NCBI GenBank assembly: GCA_017457225.1
Contig: JAFTHW010000007.1
Location: forward strand, 3,876 to 67,875
Length of the DNA: 64,000 nucleotides
Direction of reading: 5' to 3'
Origin: Clostridia bacterium
Lineage (GTDB): Bacteria > Bacillota > Clostridia > Christensenellales > Borkfalkiaceae
In this document: in pieces, positions 13,101 to 19,923 of the stretch
How the letters are laid out: the number at the start of each line of letters is the position of its first letter
Numbering within the stretch: position 1 is the stretch's first letter
Notes under the pieces: model-generated
Seen by the model: the letters and a program-made list of their open reading frames with translations, nothing else
Told to the model about the DNA's origin: nothing
The model's database searches: none
Program-made: the position numbers and the translations under genes

Positions 13101-14759
13101 TTCGAATCTAAGGGCACGTTGGTCGGCGACGTAACTTGGACGGAATACGCTCTGTACGTTGTAAGCAGAATGAACGCGTTCTTCAACGCAGAAGAGGGCG
13201 AGGACGGTAATATGTCCGCTTGGTTGCGTGCGAAGTATGGCGTAGCGGAAGGAACGTTTGCAGATGAAATTTTGGCTTCCATCACGGCGTTCAAGATGTC
13301 GATCACGAGCAGTAAGATTTCGACGGCAGAACTCTTTGATTCGGTAGGCGTAGACGCAATCTTCGTTCCTACTTTGGATCAATATCACGACGCGGAAGAA
13401 TATGCGAAGTGGCAGGCGTACGCGGAAGCGCATAGCGGCAAGGTAATGTGGACGTACACGGCAATCCATCCCGATGCTCCTTACACCTCCTACCATATTG
13501 AAGACAACTTGCTTTCCGCAAGATTGCTCAACTGGATGATGTATGAAAAGGACACGGTAGGCAACTTGTACTGGTCGACGATGCTTTCGAGATATCTCGG
13601 CGGCTTCGACAACGATGGTACGATTATCTCCGGTATGGACTACTACACGGTGGCAGAGAAGTATCTGAACCAGAACGGTGAAGGCTTCTTGATCTATCCC
13701 GGTGAATGCTATTCGGTAACGGGCCCCGTAGGCAGCGTTCGTTTGCAAGCGATCCGCGACGGTGTAGAAGACTACGATTTGTTGTACGCTTTGGAAGAAT
13801 TGTACGTAAATCAAGGGTTGGAAAGCTTCGACGACGTATACGAATACTTGGCTGAAACGGTTTACTTCGGTACGAAAGTGAAGTACGGCTCCAACAGCTA
13901 CTATCTTGACGGCGACGCGACGTATCTTGACAACTTCGTATCGATGCGTGGAAACTTAGCAACCTTGCTTGAAATGGCAAGCGACGCGAACGTTCAAGCG
14001 TATCTGTCCGAAGCAAGCTTCGATAAGGAAAACAAGACGGTTACGTTCTCCATCAAGGCGGCTGACGGTATCTCCGTACTGGTCAACGGTGAGAAACTTA
14101 CGGCGGTAGACGGCGTATACACCAAGACCTTGTCTTTGACGAGCGTTGACTCCGTAAGCATTTTGGTCGGCGGCACGTACGAGCTCAACTTCTCGCTTGC
14201 GCATAAAGCAGAAGAAGCAAACGCAACGATTGAAGGGTTAACGAACGACTTCTTGGCAGGCGTTACGGTTACGGCTCACTACGGCACCACTGAAGATGGT
14301 ATTAGCGCAGGTTCGGCAGAATCGGCGGCTTCGGCTCCTACGGGCGCAGTAGCTGACGCGACGTATTATAGTATGAGTCTGGAAAAAGATTCAACTTACA
14401 ACGGCTTCACGTTCACCTTGACGGAAGAACTTAAAACGCTTTTGGAAAACTATTCCGACGACGCAGTTCTTCAGTACGACTTCTACATTGAAGAAGCAGG
14501 CGTTGATAACAGAGGCGTTTCCGGTTACTGGTTGGGTGCTCCGAGAACAGGTTATACCACGAACACTTGGATTACGTTGGAGGTTTCTATGAGAAGCGTC
14601 TTGAGTGCGAGCGGCACAGTGGTTGCTGGATCTGATGAGAATGGTGATCCTAGAGCCATGAGCGATATTTACAACAACGCATTGGCGACGCTGGGCTATG
14701 AGTATGTTCAAACCGATATGAACTTGTATATCGGTAACTTCAGAGTTGTTCAAGCATAA
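4173..14759 (+). CDS. Giant (~3530 aa) membrane-anchored modular glycoside-hydrolase candidate with a DUF4091/GH123-like catalytic region and many repeated beta-sandwich modules
   Basis: The ORF is uninterrupted for 10.6 kb. RBS GAGGAG precedes ATG 4173 (the track start at 4155 is an alternative). There is a signal-anchor KKPLLYLLTVLSAIVFALGVWFGL and a Big_2-like module (IDQNGTITAKSAGVTTLTATLG). DUF4091-like landmarks at nt ~11950-13810 include FYPDALLPY, GIDEFE and GEGFLIYPG...RLQAIRDGVEDYDLL. Confidence 0.9.
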   Translation: MSKAIKKPLLYLLTVLSAIVFALGVWFGLDTNQSSVTANAASYTRITGTASSESVNGKLTLNSFRTQTGGSVRLVAPKGLRYVTEISPADVAKLPENAVFGTLLMPKDKLGDNELVKGLVVNGAKAMDIKAMSWKDTTIATSSDKYTYTAVLVGSATADLPVSYYNRDIVARGYVTYTDAAGKTYTVYASNSQTRNIAYVANQTLINEGLTDEAETLMNTIIKTAVTSFAVNEDKVTLGVSKNTTYTITTTRTGLNGRSVDGLIPTYVIANTDVATIDQNGTITAKSAGVTTLTATLGNFTDTVEIVVQDTLWNNVDEITRINFTDYYMGANGKTGDGISNISVANLSEANAVGGRTGGSYYFVEQAYRDNASAESWRKATQRFVLKPYYDKTVYEAYANANQNASLSFDVYLTEALADGETPLKENYSYYLNGQTSPLKMSTNKWYTFQIPLSTLLTNWDAIKTPGETNDSTIALFSVAGEFSSATRELNFWIGNFTLSATTDTSTGPVIETVETSAMQLKDLAGMETFDLSSLLTDAQKESLEAIKGDYEVSYSVSYAGQNAEVNGSVMTTAGVDALSTVEIYVGTSMFYSAQMDFYTSFARSWNVISARMNGVDYMCNGQIKNDYGTIEYLENYAGVNDVYKLTTTTEYAQFNGISIMPMHGESYYQEIYDLDSSAKLTFQIYWEDLKGAEYLTPMSTISYDRQSKGNRTENTWHTYEIPLSTILANWELLGVSNGGSDARNTIFGVTNSVTDNYSFYFANMTLETTAIPAPELTAIEKTMQPVDVIGLEEYGYDLNRVLEDTEKEALATAKTYQEVYNYPVTYKLLQNGTEVYSGESVINTTAFKGVYTLEIYVSTALFYTAPIYIYDSSTEPYIWNVISAEKNGAAFTSNGTVNAWYGSVTYHNTYANKENVYAITTTANPDAFNGISIKAMYEKSYYEDILADDENAKVTFYLYWEDLMGVNQITVNKEVAYHRDSVKDNTPNVWHKFEVSLSVLLTNWDKQGVGDDGNGASAALVGFNSSGTVTGNYVIYMADLAIETTAAPDAIAPSVEELSGETTLVNTDETPSLDLSTKISPENLTKLENYSTFNGVKGYFDVTYALAKDGVAVTVNGTTVDCDGLVGVYTLTVSVGGVTAYEATLDFYNAENAPITQIPTITTINGTVAEPVDVIGLNGYGYELTRILTAEQVTDLENATSYNGVPYSYPVSYKVYAGEVEATVTDGFVATETLRGEYTVEIYVGTQLFYTATVTFIDSSDSYVYNTATDVSTVSKTGWGGNITVTAVTAAELPIAYTGEATNFLKIKNLNGNKIAIAPEMDAAYYEELKGKNYLVAFDYLLYTNGCENPAIVFQGVSGQYQTKGDAWVTRGDGSQIGFDSNTEGANNTLYLDNLLDGTTTYVMYTYDTPDGYANWELYVGNFRILNTDGSDLPVGKVEPEIESAIENAETTKIDLIGLANYSYDLSTLLPNEYEDDLATARSFNGREEVFDVTYALKQGENEVELSGSFVPCASVSGDYTLEIYVGGVLFYTAPVNFYDSSVRVWNTINADKTGAAFTSNGTVNAWYGSVTYLETYANKENVYAITMTENANQFNGISIKAMYEKSYYEAILAADPNAKVTFYLYWEDLKGVDQITVNSEIHYNRETLKDKTPNVWQKFEVSLSVLLTNWDYQGVASVSWGGADAALVGFNSSTSTVTGNYVIYMADLAIETTAVDTVEPTITQVLRGETTLVNTDETPNLDLSETILEANKTALESYRAFNGVATYFDVTYALAKGEETVMVNGSSVACDGLVGVYDLTAFVGGEIAYTATIDFYNSEVAPETATPTFDARTAETTKVNVLGLSAYEYDFLSVLTADDKVALSSAREFNGEANVFPVTYQVLQGETVVSSGTKVSFAELAGDYTFEIYVGGVLFYTAPVNFYDSSDPFVWNVISAEKNGVDYMCNGAVKNSWGSIEYLETYANASDVYKVTTTNNYEYFNGISIKAMHDKSYYQEILDKDASAKLTFQVYWEDVKGAQYLTENKSSAYQREYIPEEASTWHTYEIPLSRLLDNWDYMGGTNGDSRSILVAIGEGATENFSFYFANMALETTATPDTVDPTVELVTGAAQSVNMAGNTTFDLTSTISGVNQVKLEAMNVFDKNAYMTVENYFEVTYTLTQGETVYDLGTSASIDSSAYLGDYTFNVYIGGVEAYESTLTLYNTDNGYEWNVISSAKDGVDYMCNGVISNASGTIEYLESYAEVNDVYKLTTTTDYNQFNGIGITPMHDKSYYQELAEMDASAKLTFQIYWEDLKGATYLTPMQTGSWGRQSKGNRTENTWHTYEISLSTILANWDKLGVSQPGSGGAQNTIFGIDNGATENFSFYFANMELVVDVPEYFYEATEEETENVVWNSVNPERITDYTAYYVNQPVSWRGGTSFISVDKLSEENALGGRTEGAYYLVTMDTSNADCYHYFALKPLFDKATYQNNYDLSTATLTFDFCFKNVAATPTSTPTLRKVNPLGGAAINAQADTWYTFEVSLAKLLENWDEFQTPNTNDESDLCSIFKLESTFGSDENKDSDPVNMWFGNFELSGKKDADNTVGKAENNTDATIWTATGEKILQNKTYEVGAEALEINAFRNEYESAQIIMTATSEMTYTIELADLTDRWGNVLSADCFDIYHQLYIEVSRSTDPFNSQGAGFYPDALLPYSAAVLKGINTTANGNQGIWVTVNVPKDQEAGVYTGAFTLTIDGKTATVPVCVTVYDYTLSDEVHSTNTFSFNWAAVAAAEGLFADGVTDYSEVSGSNVPYELQQMYRDFLSEYRISTPALAGYTGSDYTSWAGYAYRPNEIFNYTKENDEFTSTFKLLNKDETGYSNMTDYEFNDNVEKWLVSVTEQLKKDPAYRINIISQSTRVRSAVIESTVAALNKDAATEATALAGIDTIHNVRDGSQGGDVIDELVLRHVIEEMYLYSVENNINLFDRSYMFFSGIDEFESKGTLVGDVTWTEYALYVVSRMNAFFNAEEGEDGNMSAWLRAKYGVAEGTFADEILASITAFKMSITSSKISTAELFDSVGVDAIFVPTLDQYHDAEEYAKWQAYAEAHSGKVMWTYTAIHPDAPYTSYHIEDNLLSARLLNWMMYEKDTVGNLYWSTMLSRYLGGFDNDGTIISGMDYYTVAEKYLNQNGEGFLIYPGECYSVTGPVGSVRLQAIRDGVEDYDLLYALEELYVNQGLESFDDVYEYLAETVYFGTKVKYGSNSYYLDGDATYLDNFVSMRGNLATLLEMASDANVQAYLSEASFDKENKTVTFSIKAADGISVLVNGEKLTAVDGVYTKTLSLTSVDSVSILVGGTYELNFSLAHKAEEANATIEGLTNDFLAGVTVTAHYGTTEDGISAGSAESAASAPTGAVADATYYSMSLEKDSTYNGFTFTLTEELKTLLENYSDDAVLQYDFYIEEAGVDNRGVSGYWLGAPRTGYTTNTWITLEVSMRSVLSASGTVVAGSDENGDPRAMSDIYNNALATLGYEYVQTDMNLYIGNFRVVQA
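5690..11299 (+). repeat. Intragenic array of alternating ~105-115-aa linker modules (8 copies) and ~165-aa beta-sandwich-like modules (5 copies plus 1 divergent)
   Basis: B modules lie at 5988-6485, 6810-7313, 8811-9320, 9969-10457 and 10803-11299, with a divergent one at 7960-8460. Perfect nucleotide identities: 6288-6348 = 11103-11163 (61 nt), 8751-8800 = 9906-9955 (50 nt), 6808-6840 = 9967-9999 (33 nt). Confidence 0.9.
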
Positions 14760-14770
14760 CACACAATCTA

Positions 14771-14807
14771 AAAAATATCCTACGAAATATTTCGAAGGAT
14801 ATTTTTT
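14771..14807 (+). terminator. Intrinsic terminator after the giant gene
   Basis: Hairpin AAATATCCT...AGGATATTT is followed by a T-run. Confidence 0.7.
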
Positions 14808-14910
14808 AATTTTACCACAACTTTGCTTTGAGCAAAATATCACTGCGCAGCAATCAGTCATACACTTTCTGTCAGAAAGTCGCCAAAAACAGCCTTTTTA
14901 GTATAAAAGC

Positions 14911-14939
14911 TTGACAAAAATTGCAGCCCGTGATATAAT
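14911..14939 (+). promoter_or_regulatory. Sigma-A promoter (TTGACA-17-TGaTATAAT)
   Basis: Consensus -35, a 17-nt spacer and an extended -10 lie about 95 nt upstream of the CapD-like gene. Confidence 0.65.
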
Positions 14940-15031
14940 CTAGTTATATACGCAAACTAGGGAAAGGGAATAATGTAGAAAAGTTCCAACCAATGCAAAG
15001 TCTGCAAGGGTTGGGCTAACGGGAGAAAACA

Positions 15032-16858
15032 ATGAGAAAACGACATAAAATACTCCTTGTCATCGCTGACGTATGCGCGGTGCTTTTGGCGGTAGCGTTA
15101 GCGCACCTGAGTACGCATACCCCGAAGATTTGGACTTTAAAGACTGCTTTTTGGGCAGGCGGAAACGTTATCTGCACAGTGGGGCTGTTTACGCTGTTTG
15201 GAATGTATTCCATCGTTTTTAAATCGGTCGGTATCGTAGAAAATTTAAAACTGTTATCGGCAACGGCGATACTTGGCGTATTTAACGTCGTGTATTCGGT
15301 TGCAATAGGTCGCGTGGACGTTAGTATCGGTACGGCGTTTATCTTTACCGTACTTTTGGCTGTTATGGCGGTCGGGATTCGGTATATGCTCCGTATTGCA
15401 ATGGTTTTGAAGTACTATTTCTTCGATAAGCGTCCGAATAAAACGCGAGTGATGATTGTAGGCGGCGGTGACGCAGGTACGATGCTGATCAAGGAAATGC
15501 TCAGTTCGGACAAGGTGGCGTACTATCCCGTATGCATCGTGGACGATAGTCTGGAAAAAGTTGGGAAAGCCATCGGTAGCGTCAAAGTCGTAGGCACGAC
15601 CGAGCAGATTCCCGAGCTCGTGGAAAAATACCACGTACAAGAGATTTTTATCGCGATGCCCTCCGTAGCCAAAAGGCGTTTGAGTGAGATTGTAAATGTT
15701 TGTAAAGACGCGATAAAAACCGTCAAAATTTTGCCCGGAGTCTATCAATTCGCAACGGGAGAAGTCACGGTCGCAACCCTTCGCGACGTAGACGTACAGG
15801 ACCTTTTAGGCAGAGAACAGGTCAAGGTCAATTTGGACGAAATTATGGGCTATATTGAGCACGAAACCGTACTTGTCACGGGTGGCGGTGGCTCGATTGG
15901 CAGCGAGTTGTGTCGCCAAGTCGCTTCGCATAACCCTAAAACGTTGATTATTTTCGATATTTACGAAAATAACGCTTACGATATTGAGCAGGAGCTGAAA
16001 CATAACTATCCTAATTTGAAGCTGATTACGTTGATTGGCAGTATCCGCGATGAAAAGAAAATCCGTAACGTATTTGAGAAATACCAACCGAGGATTGTTT
16101 TCCACGCGGCAGCGCACAAGCACGTGCCTTTGATGGAAACGAGTCCCAACGAAGCCGTGAAGAACAACGTTTTCGGAACTTTGAACGTAGCGCGTATGGC
16201 GGACGAATTTAAAGTCAAGACGTTCGTCCAGATCTCTACAGACAAAGCGGTCAACCCTACGAATATTATGGGCGCGACCAAGCGCATTTGCGAGATGATT
16301 ATTCAAACGATCGGTCGCCACAGCAAGCATACGAATTTCGTAGCCGTACGCTTTGGGAACGTACTCGGCTCGAACGGCTCGGTCATTCCGCTGTTCCGCA
16401 AGCAGATCGCGGCGGGCGGACCGGTTACGGTCACGGATAAAGAAATCATTCGTTACTTTATGACCATACCCGAAGCGGTATCGCTCGTATTACAGGCAGG
16501 CGCGTACGCAAAAGGCGGACAAATTTTCGTTCTGGATATGGGCGAACCTGTGAAGATCTACGACTTGGCATATAATCTCATCAAACTCTCGGGGTATAAA
16601 CCCAACGAAGACATCGACATCGTATGCACGGGACTTCGTCCGGGTGAAAAGCTCTACGAAGAACGTCTGATGGAAGAAGAGGGCTTGCAGACCACGGCAA
16701 ACGGCCTGATCAATATCGCCCGTCCCATTCCCTTGGACGAGGACTTGCTTTGGAAAACGCTGGATAAGCTCCACGTAGAAGTCCATAAGGAAACGGAGGA
16801 GATGAAGAGCCTCGTACAAGAACTCGTTCCCACGTATACCATCGACGAAACGCATTAA
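15032..16858 (+). CDS. Membrane-bound polysaccharide biosynthesis protein, CapD/PglF-type UDP-sugar 4,6-dehydratase
   Basis: Four N-terminal TM segments are followed by a Rossmann motif (VLVTGGGGSIGSEL), FHAAAHKHVP and NVLGSNGSVIP. Confidence 0.85.
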   Translation: MRKRHKILLVIADVCAVLLAVALAHLSTHTPKIWTLKTAFWAGGNVICTVGLFTLFGMYSIVFKSVGIVENLKLLSATAILGVFNVVYSVAIGRVDVSIGTAFIFTVLLAVMAVGIRYMLRIAMVLKYYFFDKRPNKTRVMIVGGGDAGTMLIKEMLSSDKVAYYPVCIVDDSLEKVGKAIGSVKVVGTTEQIPELVEKYHVQEIFIAMPSVAKRRLSEIVNVCKDAIKTVKILPGVYQFATGEVTVATLRDVDVQDLLGREQVKVNLDEIMGYIEHETVLVTGGGGSIGSELCRQVASHNPKTLIIFDIYENNAYDIEQELKHNYPNLKLITLIGSIRDEKKIRNVFEKYQPRIVFHAAAHKHVPLMETSPNEAVKNNVFGTLNVARMADEFKVKTFVQISTDKAVNPTNIMGATKRICEMIIQTIGRHSKHTNFVAVRFGNVLGSNGSVIPLFRKQIAAGGPVTVTDKEIIRYFMTIPEAVSLVLQAGAYAKGGQIFVLDMGEPVKIYDLAYNLIKLSGYKPNEDIDIVCTGLRPGEKLYEERLMEEEGLQTTANGLINIARPIPLDEDLLWKTLDKLHVEVHKETEEMKSLVQELVPTYTIDETH

Positions 16859-16860
16859 AC

Positions 16861-16894
16861 AAAAAAGCGCTCTGCTTAAAGCAGGGCGCTTTTA
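16861..16894. terminator. Bidirectional terminator between convergent genes
   Basis: A 10-bp stem AGCGCTCTGC / GCAGGGCGCT is flanked by an A-run and a T-run. Confidence 0.7.
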
Positions 16895-16910
16895 ACGTGC
16901 TCTTTTTCAC

Positions 16911-17648
16911 TTAATCTTGCGAGTATTCATAAGAGGGAATGGGTTTGAGCTTAAACGCATTGAGTGCGTGTAAACGGTCGATTTTTGCCTTGATTTCAGC
17001 GTCCTCGCAAATTCCCTCGCGGATATATCGATCGAGCATAGCGTAGGTAAAGCCGAGGTTGTCCTCGTCCGTTCGGTCGGTGAGTCCATCCGAGGGAACT
17101 TTATCTACGAGTGAGTCGGGCAGTCCCAAATATTTCCCAACGGCTTTTACCTCTTGAACGGTGAGTTTACCAAGGGGAGAGAAATCGCCGGCGGCATCGC
17201 CGTATCGGGTGGAATATCCCACCCAATCTTCAGAAAGATTGCAGGTATTCGCCACTCTTCCGTTTTTGGATTGAGAAAGGGCGTATAACGTCGCCATACG
17301 GATACGGGGCGGGAGATTGATCTTCGTTTGTCTACTGATTTCCACGCCGCAATTTTCAAGACTTTCGATCGCTCCGTCTACGCTTTTTTTGATATTGCAA
17401 ACGTAATTGGGGATACCCAGGGTTGAGGCGAGCAGTTTTGCGCTGTCAATATCCTTTTGCTCGCCGTTGGGCATCAATACACCGATCACGCGCTCTTTCC
17501 CGAGCGCTTTTACACACAGCGCGGCAACCACGCTAGAATCCTTTCCGCCCGAAATTCCGATGACGGCGTTGCAGCCTTTTCCGTTTTCTTCAAACCAATC
17601 GCGAATCCATTGTACGATTTCGTGGGTAACTTTTTCTACGTTGAACAT
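16911..17648 (-). CDS. nadE: NH3-dependent NAD+ synthetase
   Basis: The protein is 245 aa with the PP-loop GISGGKDSSV. RBS is GGAGGAA. Confidence 0.85.
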   Translation of the reverse strand: MFNVEKVTHEIVQWIRDWFEENGKGCNAVIGISGGKDSSVVAALCVKALGKERVIGVLMPNGEQKDIDSAKLLASTLGIPNYVCNIKKSVDGAIESLENCGVEISRQTKINLPPRIRMATLYALSQSKNGRVANTCNLSEDWVGYSTRYGDAAGDFSPLGKLTVQEVKAVGKYLGLPDSLVDKVPSDGLTDRTDEDNLGFTYAMLDRYIREGICEDAEIKAKIDRLHALNAFKLKPIPSYEYSQD

Positions 17649-17738
17649 ACTTGATTTCCTCCGTTTGGAATACAGTTTGTTTCCGTTTGGGTAAAAATAT
17701 GGGAACAGCCTTCGGAAACCTCCGAAGGCTTGTGTTTT

Positions 17739-19832
17739 TTAAATGCCGAACAGCAAATCACCGTACGTAGGGAACGGCCAATAGTCGGCGGAAACGACGT
17801 TTTCAAGTGCGTCTACGTCTTTTCGAAGCGCCTCCATTTTGGTCAACACTTTGTCGTGATAATAGGTCGCGAGCGCTTGCGTTTCCGCAATCTTTCCTGC
17901 GCTAATAAGTAACTTATTCAAATCCCTGGTATGCTTGTATGCTTTGGAAAGCAACTCGCAAATCTCCGTCAAAGTAGACTGTTCGTACGAACAATCCAGC
18001 GATTCGCAAACGGATTTTTTGGACAAAATCGTATTGCTCAGCGTTTGGCTGTATTCGCTGATTGCAGGAAGAATATCCTTCATTGACATATCCGCCATCG
18101 TCCGCGCTTCGATATTGACGAGCTTGCAATAGCTTTCAAGCAAGATCTCGTAGCGAGAGTACATTTCCTTTTCCGTAAAGACCTTATGAGCCGTAAAAAG
18201 AGCGACGTTCTTTTTCGCGACGAAATAGGGGAGCGCTTCGGGGGTGGATTTTAAATTGCATAAGCCGCGCTTTTCCGCTTCTTTCGTCCAAGCGTCGTCG
18301 TAACCGTTCCCGTTGAAGATAATGCGCTTATGTTTCGTAATTACGCGTTTGATAAGGCTATGCAGCGCCGTTTCAAAATCGGATGCGTTTTCCAGCTCGT
18401 CTGCAAACAGCCGTAAACTCTCGGCAACGGCAGTATTGATCACGACGTTGGAGCCGGAGATCGAGGAAGAAGAGCCGACCATACGGAACTCGAACTTATT
18501 GCCCGTGAATGCGAAAGGCGAGGTACGGTTTCTGTCCGTCGTATCTTTCGGAAATTTAGGCAAAGTATGCACGCCTACGCGCATCAGCTCTTTTTCTTTC
18601 GCGCCGTAAGGAGAGTCCTTTTCAATGGATTCCAAAATTTCAGTCAACTCGTCGCCGAGGAAAATGGATACGACGGCGGGGGGAGCTTCGCCTGCGCCCA
18701 AACGGTGATCGTTGCTGGCGGAGGCAACCGAAATACGCAAAAGATCCTGATAATCGTCCACCGCTTTGATGATGGCGCAAAGGAATAAAAGGAACTGCGC
18801 GTTTGCCGCGGGGGTATCGCCCGGTTCTAACAAATTTACGCCCGTATTTGTGGAGATGGACCAGTTATTGTGTTTCCCGCTCCCGTTGACCCCTGCGAAC
18901 GGTTTTTCGTGGAGTAAGCACACCATATCGTGCTTTTTTGCGAGTTTTTGCATAATCTCCATCGTCAACTGATTGTGATCGGCTGCGATATTCGTCGTGT
19001 CGTAGATGGGCGCCAACTCGTGCTGAGAGGGCGCGGCTTCGTTATGCTCGGTTTTCGCGAGTACGCCAAGTTTCCAAAGCTCTTCGTTGAGCTCTTTCAT
19101 AAACGCCTGTACGCGGGGTTTGATAACGCCGAAATAATGGTCTTCCAGCTCCTGTCCTTTAGGCGGTTTCGAGCCAAATAACGTGCGTCCCGTATAAATG
19201 AGGTCTTTTCTCTGTTGGAAAAGATCCTTGTCCACGAGGAAATATTCCTGTTCCGCGCCGACTGTCGTTTTCACGGAAGTCACGTTCTCGTTCCCGAACA
19301 GTTTAAGCACGCGGAGTGCCTGACGGTTAATCGCCTCCATAGAACGCAAAAGAGGAGTTTTCTGATCGAGCGCTTCTCCGCCGTAGGAGCAAAACGCCGT
19401 GGGGATACACAACACGCCGTCTTTGATAAAGGCGTAAGAGGTAGCGTCCCAAGCGGTATAACCTCTGGCTTCAAACGTTGCGCGGAGTCCGCCCGAGGGG
19501 AAAGAGGAGGCGTCCGATTCACCGCGAACGAGTTCTTTTCCCGAAAATTCCATAATGACTCTTCCGTCTTTATCGGGAGAGATAAAGCTGTCGTGCTTTT
19601 CGGCGGTAATGCCCGTCATCGGTTGGAACCAATGCGTATAGTGGGTTGCGCCCAATTCCACCGCCCAATCTTTCATAGCGGAAGCAACTTCATTTGCGAC
19701 GGATAAATTCAAGCTTCTGCCGTGCGCGATCGTGCGTTGCAAAGAATTATATACGTCGGGCGCAAGCCGAGCTTGCATCACTTTGTCGTCAAAGACCATA
19801 CAACCGAAATATTCAGGCAATAAATTCTTCAT
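17739..19832 (-). CDS. glnA: Glutamine synthetase type III
   Basis: The protein is ~697 aa with the GSIII-type N-terminus MKNLLPEYFG...VFDDKVM. RBS AAGGAG supports ATG 19832 (the track start at 19886 is an upstream extension). Confidence 0.85.
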   Translation of the reverse strand: MKNLLPEYFGCMVFDDKVMQARLAPDVYNSLQRTIAHGRSLNLSVANEVASAMKDWAVELGATHYTHWFQPMTGITAEKHDSFISPDKDGRVIMEFSGKELVRGESDASSFPSGGLRATFEARGYTAWDATSYAFIKDGVLCIPTAFCSYGGEALDQKTPLLRSMEAINRQALRVLKLFGNENVTSVKTTVGAEQEYFLVDKDLFQQRKDLIYTGRTLFGSKPPKGQELEDHYFGVIKPRVQAFMKELNEELWKLGVLAKTEHNEAAPSQHELAPIYDTTNIAADHNQLTMEIMQKLAKKHDMVCLLHEKPFAGVNGSGKHNNWSISTNTGVNLLEPGDTPAANAQFLLFLCAIIKAVDDYQDLLRISVASASNDHRLGAGEAPPAVVSIFLGDELTEILESIEKDSPYGAKEKELMRVGVHTLPKFPKDTTDRNRTSPFAFTGNKFEFRMVGSSSSISGSNVVINTAVAESLRLFADELENASDFETALHSLIKRVITKHKRIIFNGNGYDDAWTKEAEKRGLCNLKSTPEALPYFVAKKNVALFTAHKVFTEKEMYSRYEILLESYCKLVNIEARTMADMSMKDILPAISEYSQTLSNTILSKKSVCESLDCSYEQSTLTEICELLSKAYKHTRDLNKLLISAGKIAETQALATYYHDKVLTKMEALRKDVDALENVVSADYWPFPTYGDLLFGI

Positions 19833-19869
19833 AAGAGACTCCTTTTGAGGATCTTTCGTAGATATGGTT

Positions 19870-19899
19870 ATTATACCGCATTTCACCGTCGTTTGTCAA
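19870..19899 (-). promoter_or_regulatory. Sigma-A promoter for glnA (TTGACA-18-TATAAT on the minus strand)
   Basis: On the plus strand, TGTCAA is at 19894-19899 and ATTATA at 19870-19875. Confidence 0.5.
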
Positions 19900-19923
19900 C
19901 GGTTTCACGCCCCAACGAGTCGT

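Noticed and set aside
4353-13814. Very long antisense ORFs inside the giant gene (e.g. 4353-5381, 6501-8303 at 600 aa, 11799-13814 at 671 aa, all on the minus strand).
   Set aside because: They lie exactly opposite a strongly supported sense ORF. They have no RBS, are Arg/Val/Tyr/Phe-rich low-complexity translations, and repeat only because the sense modules repeat. They are stop-free by codon-bias accident.
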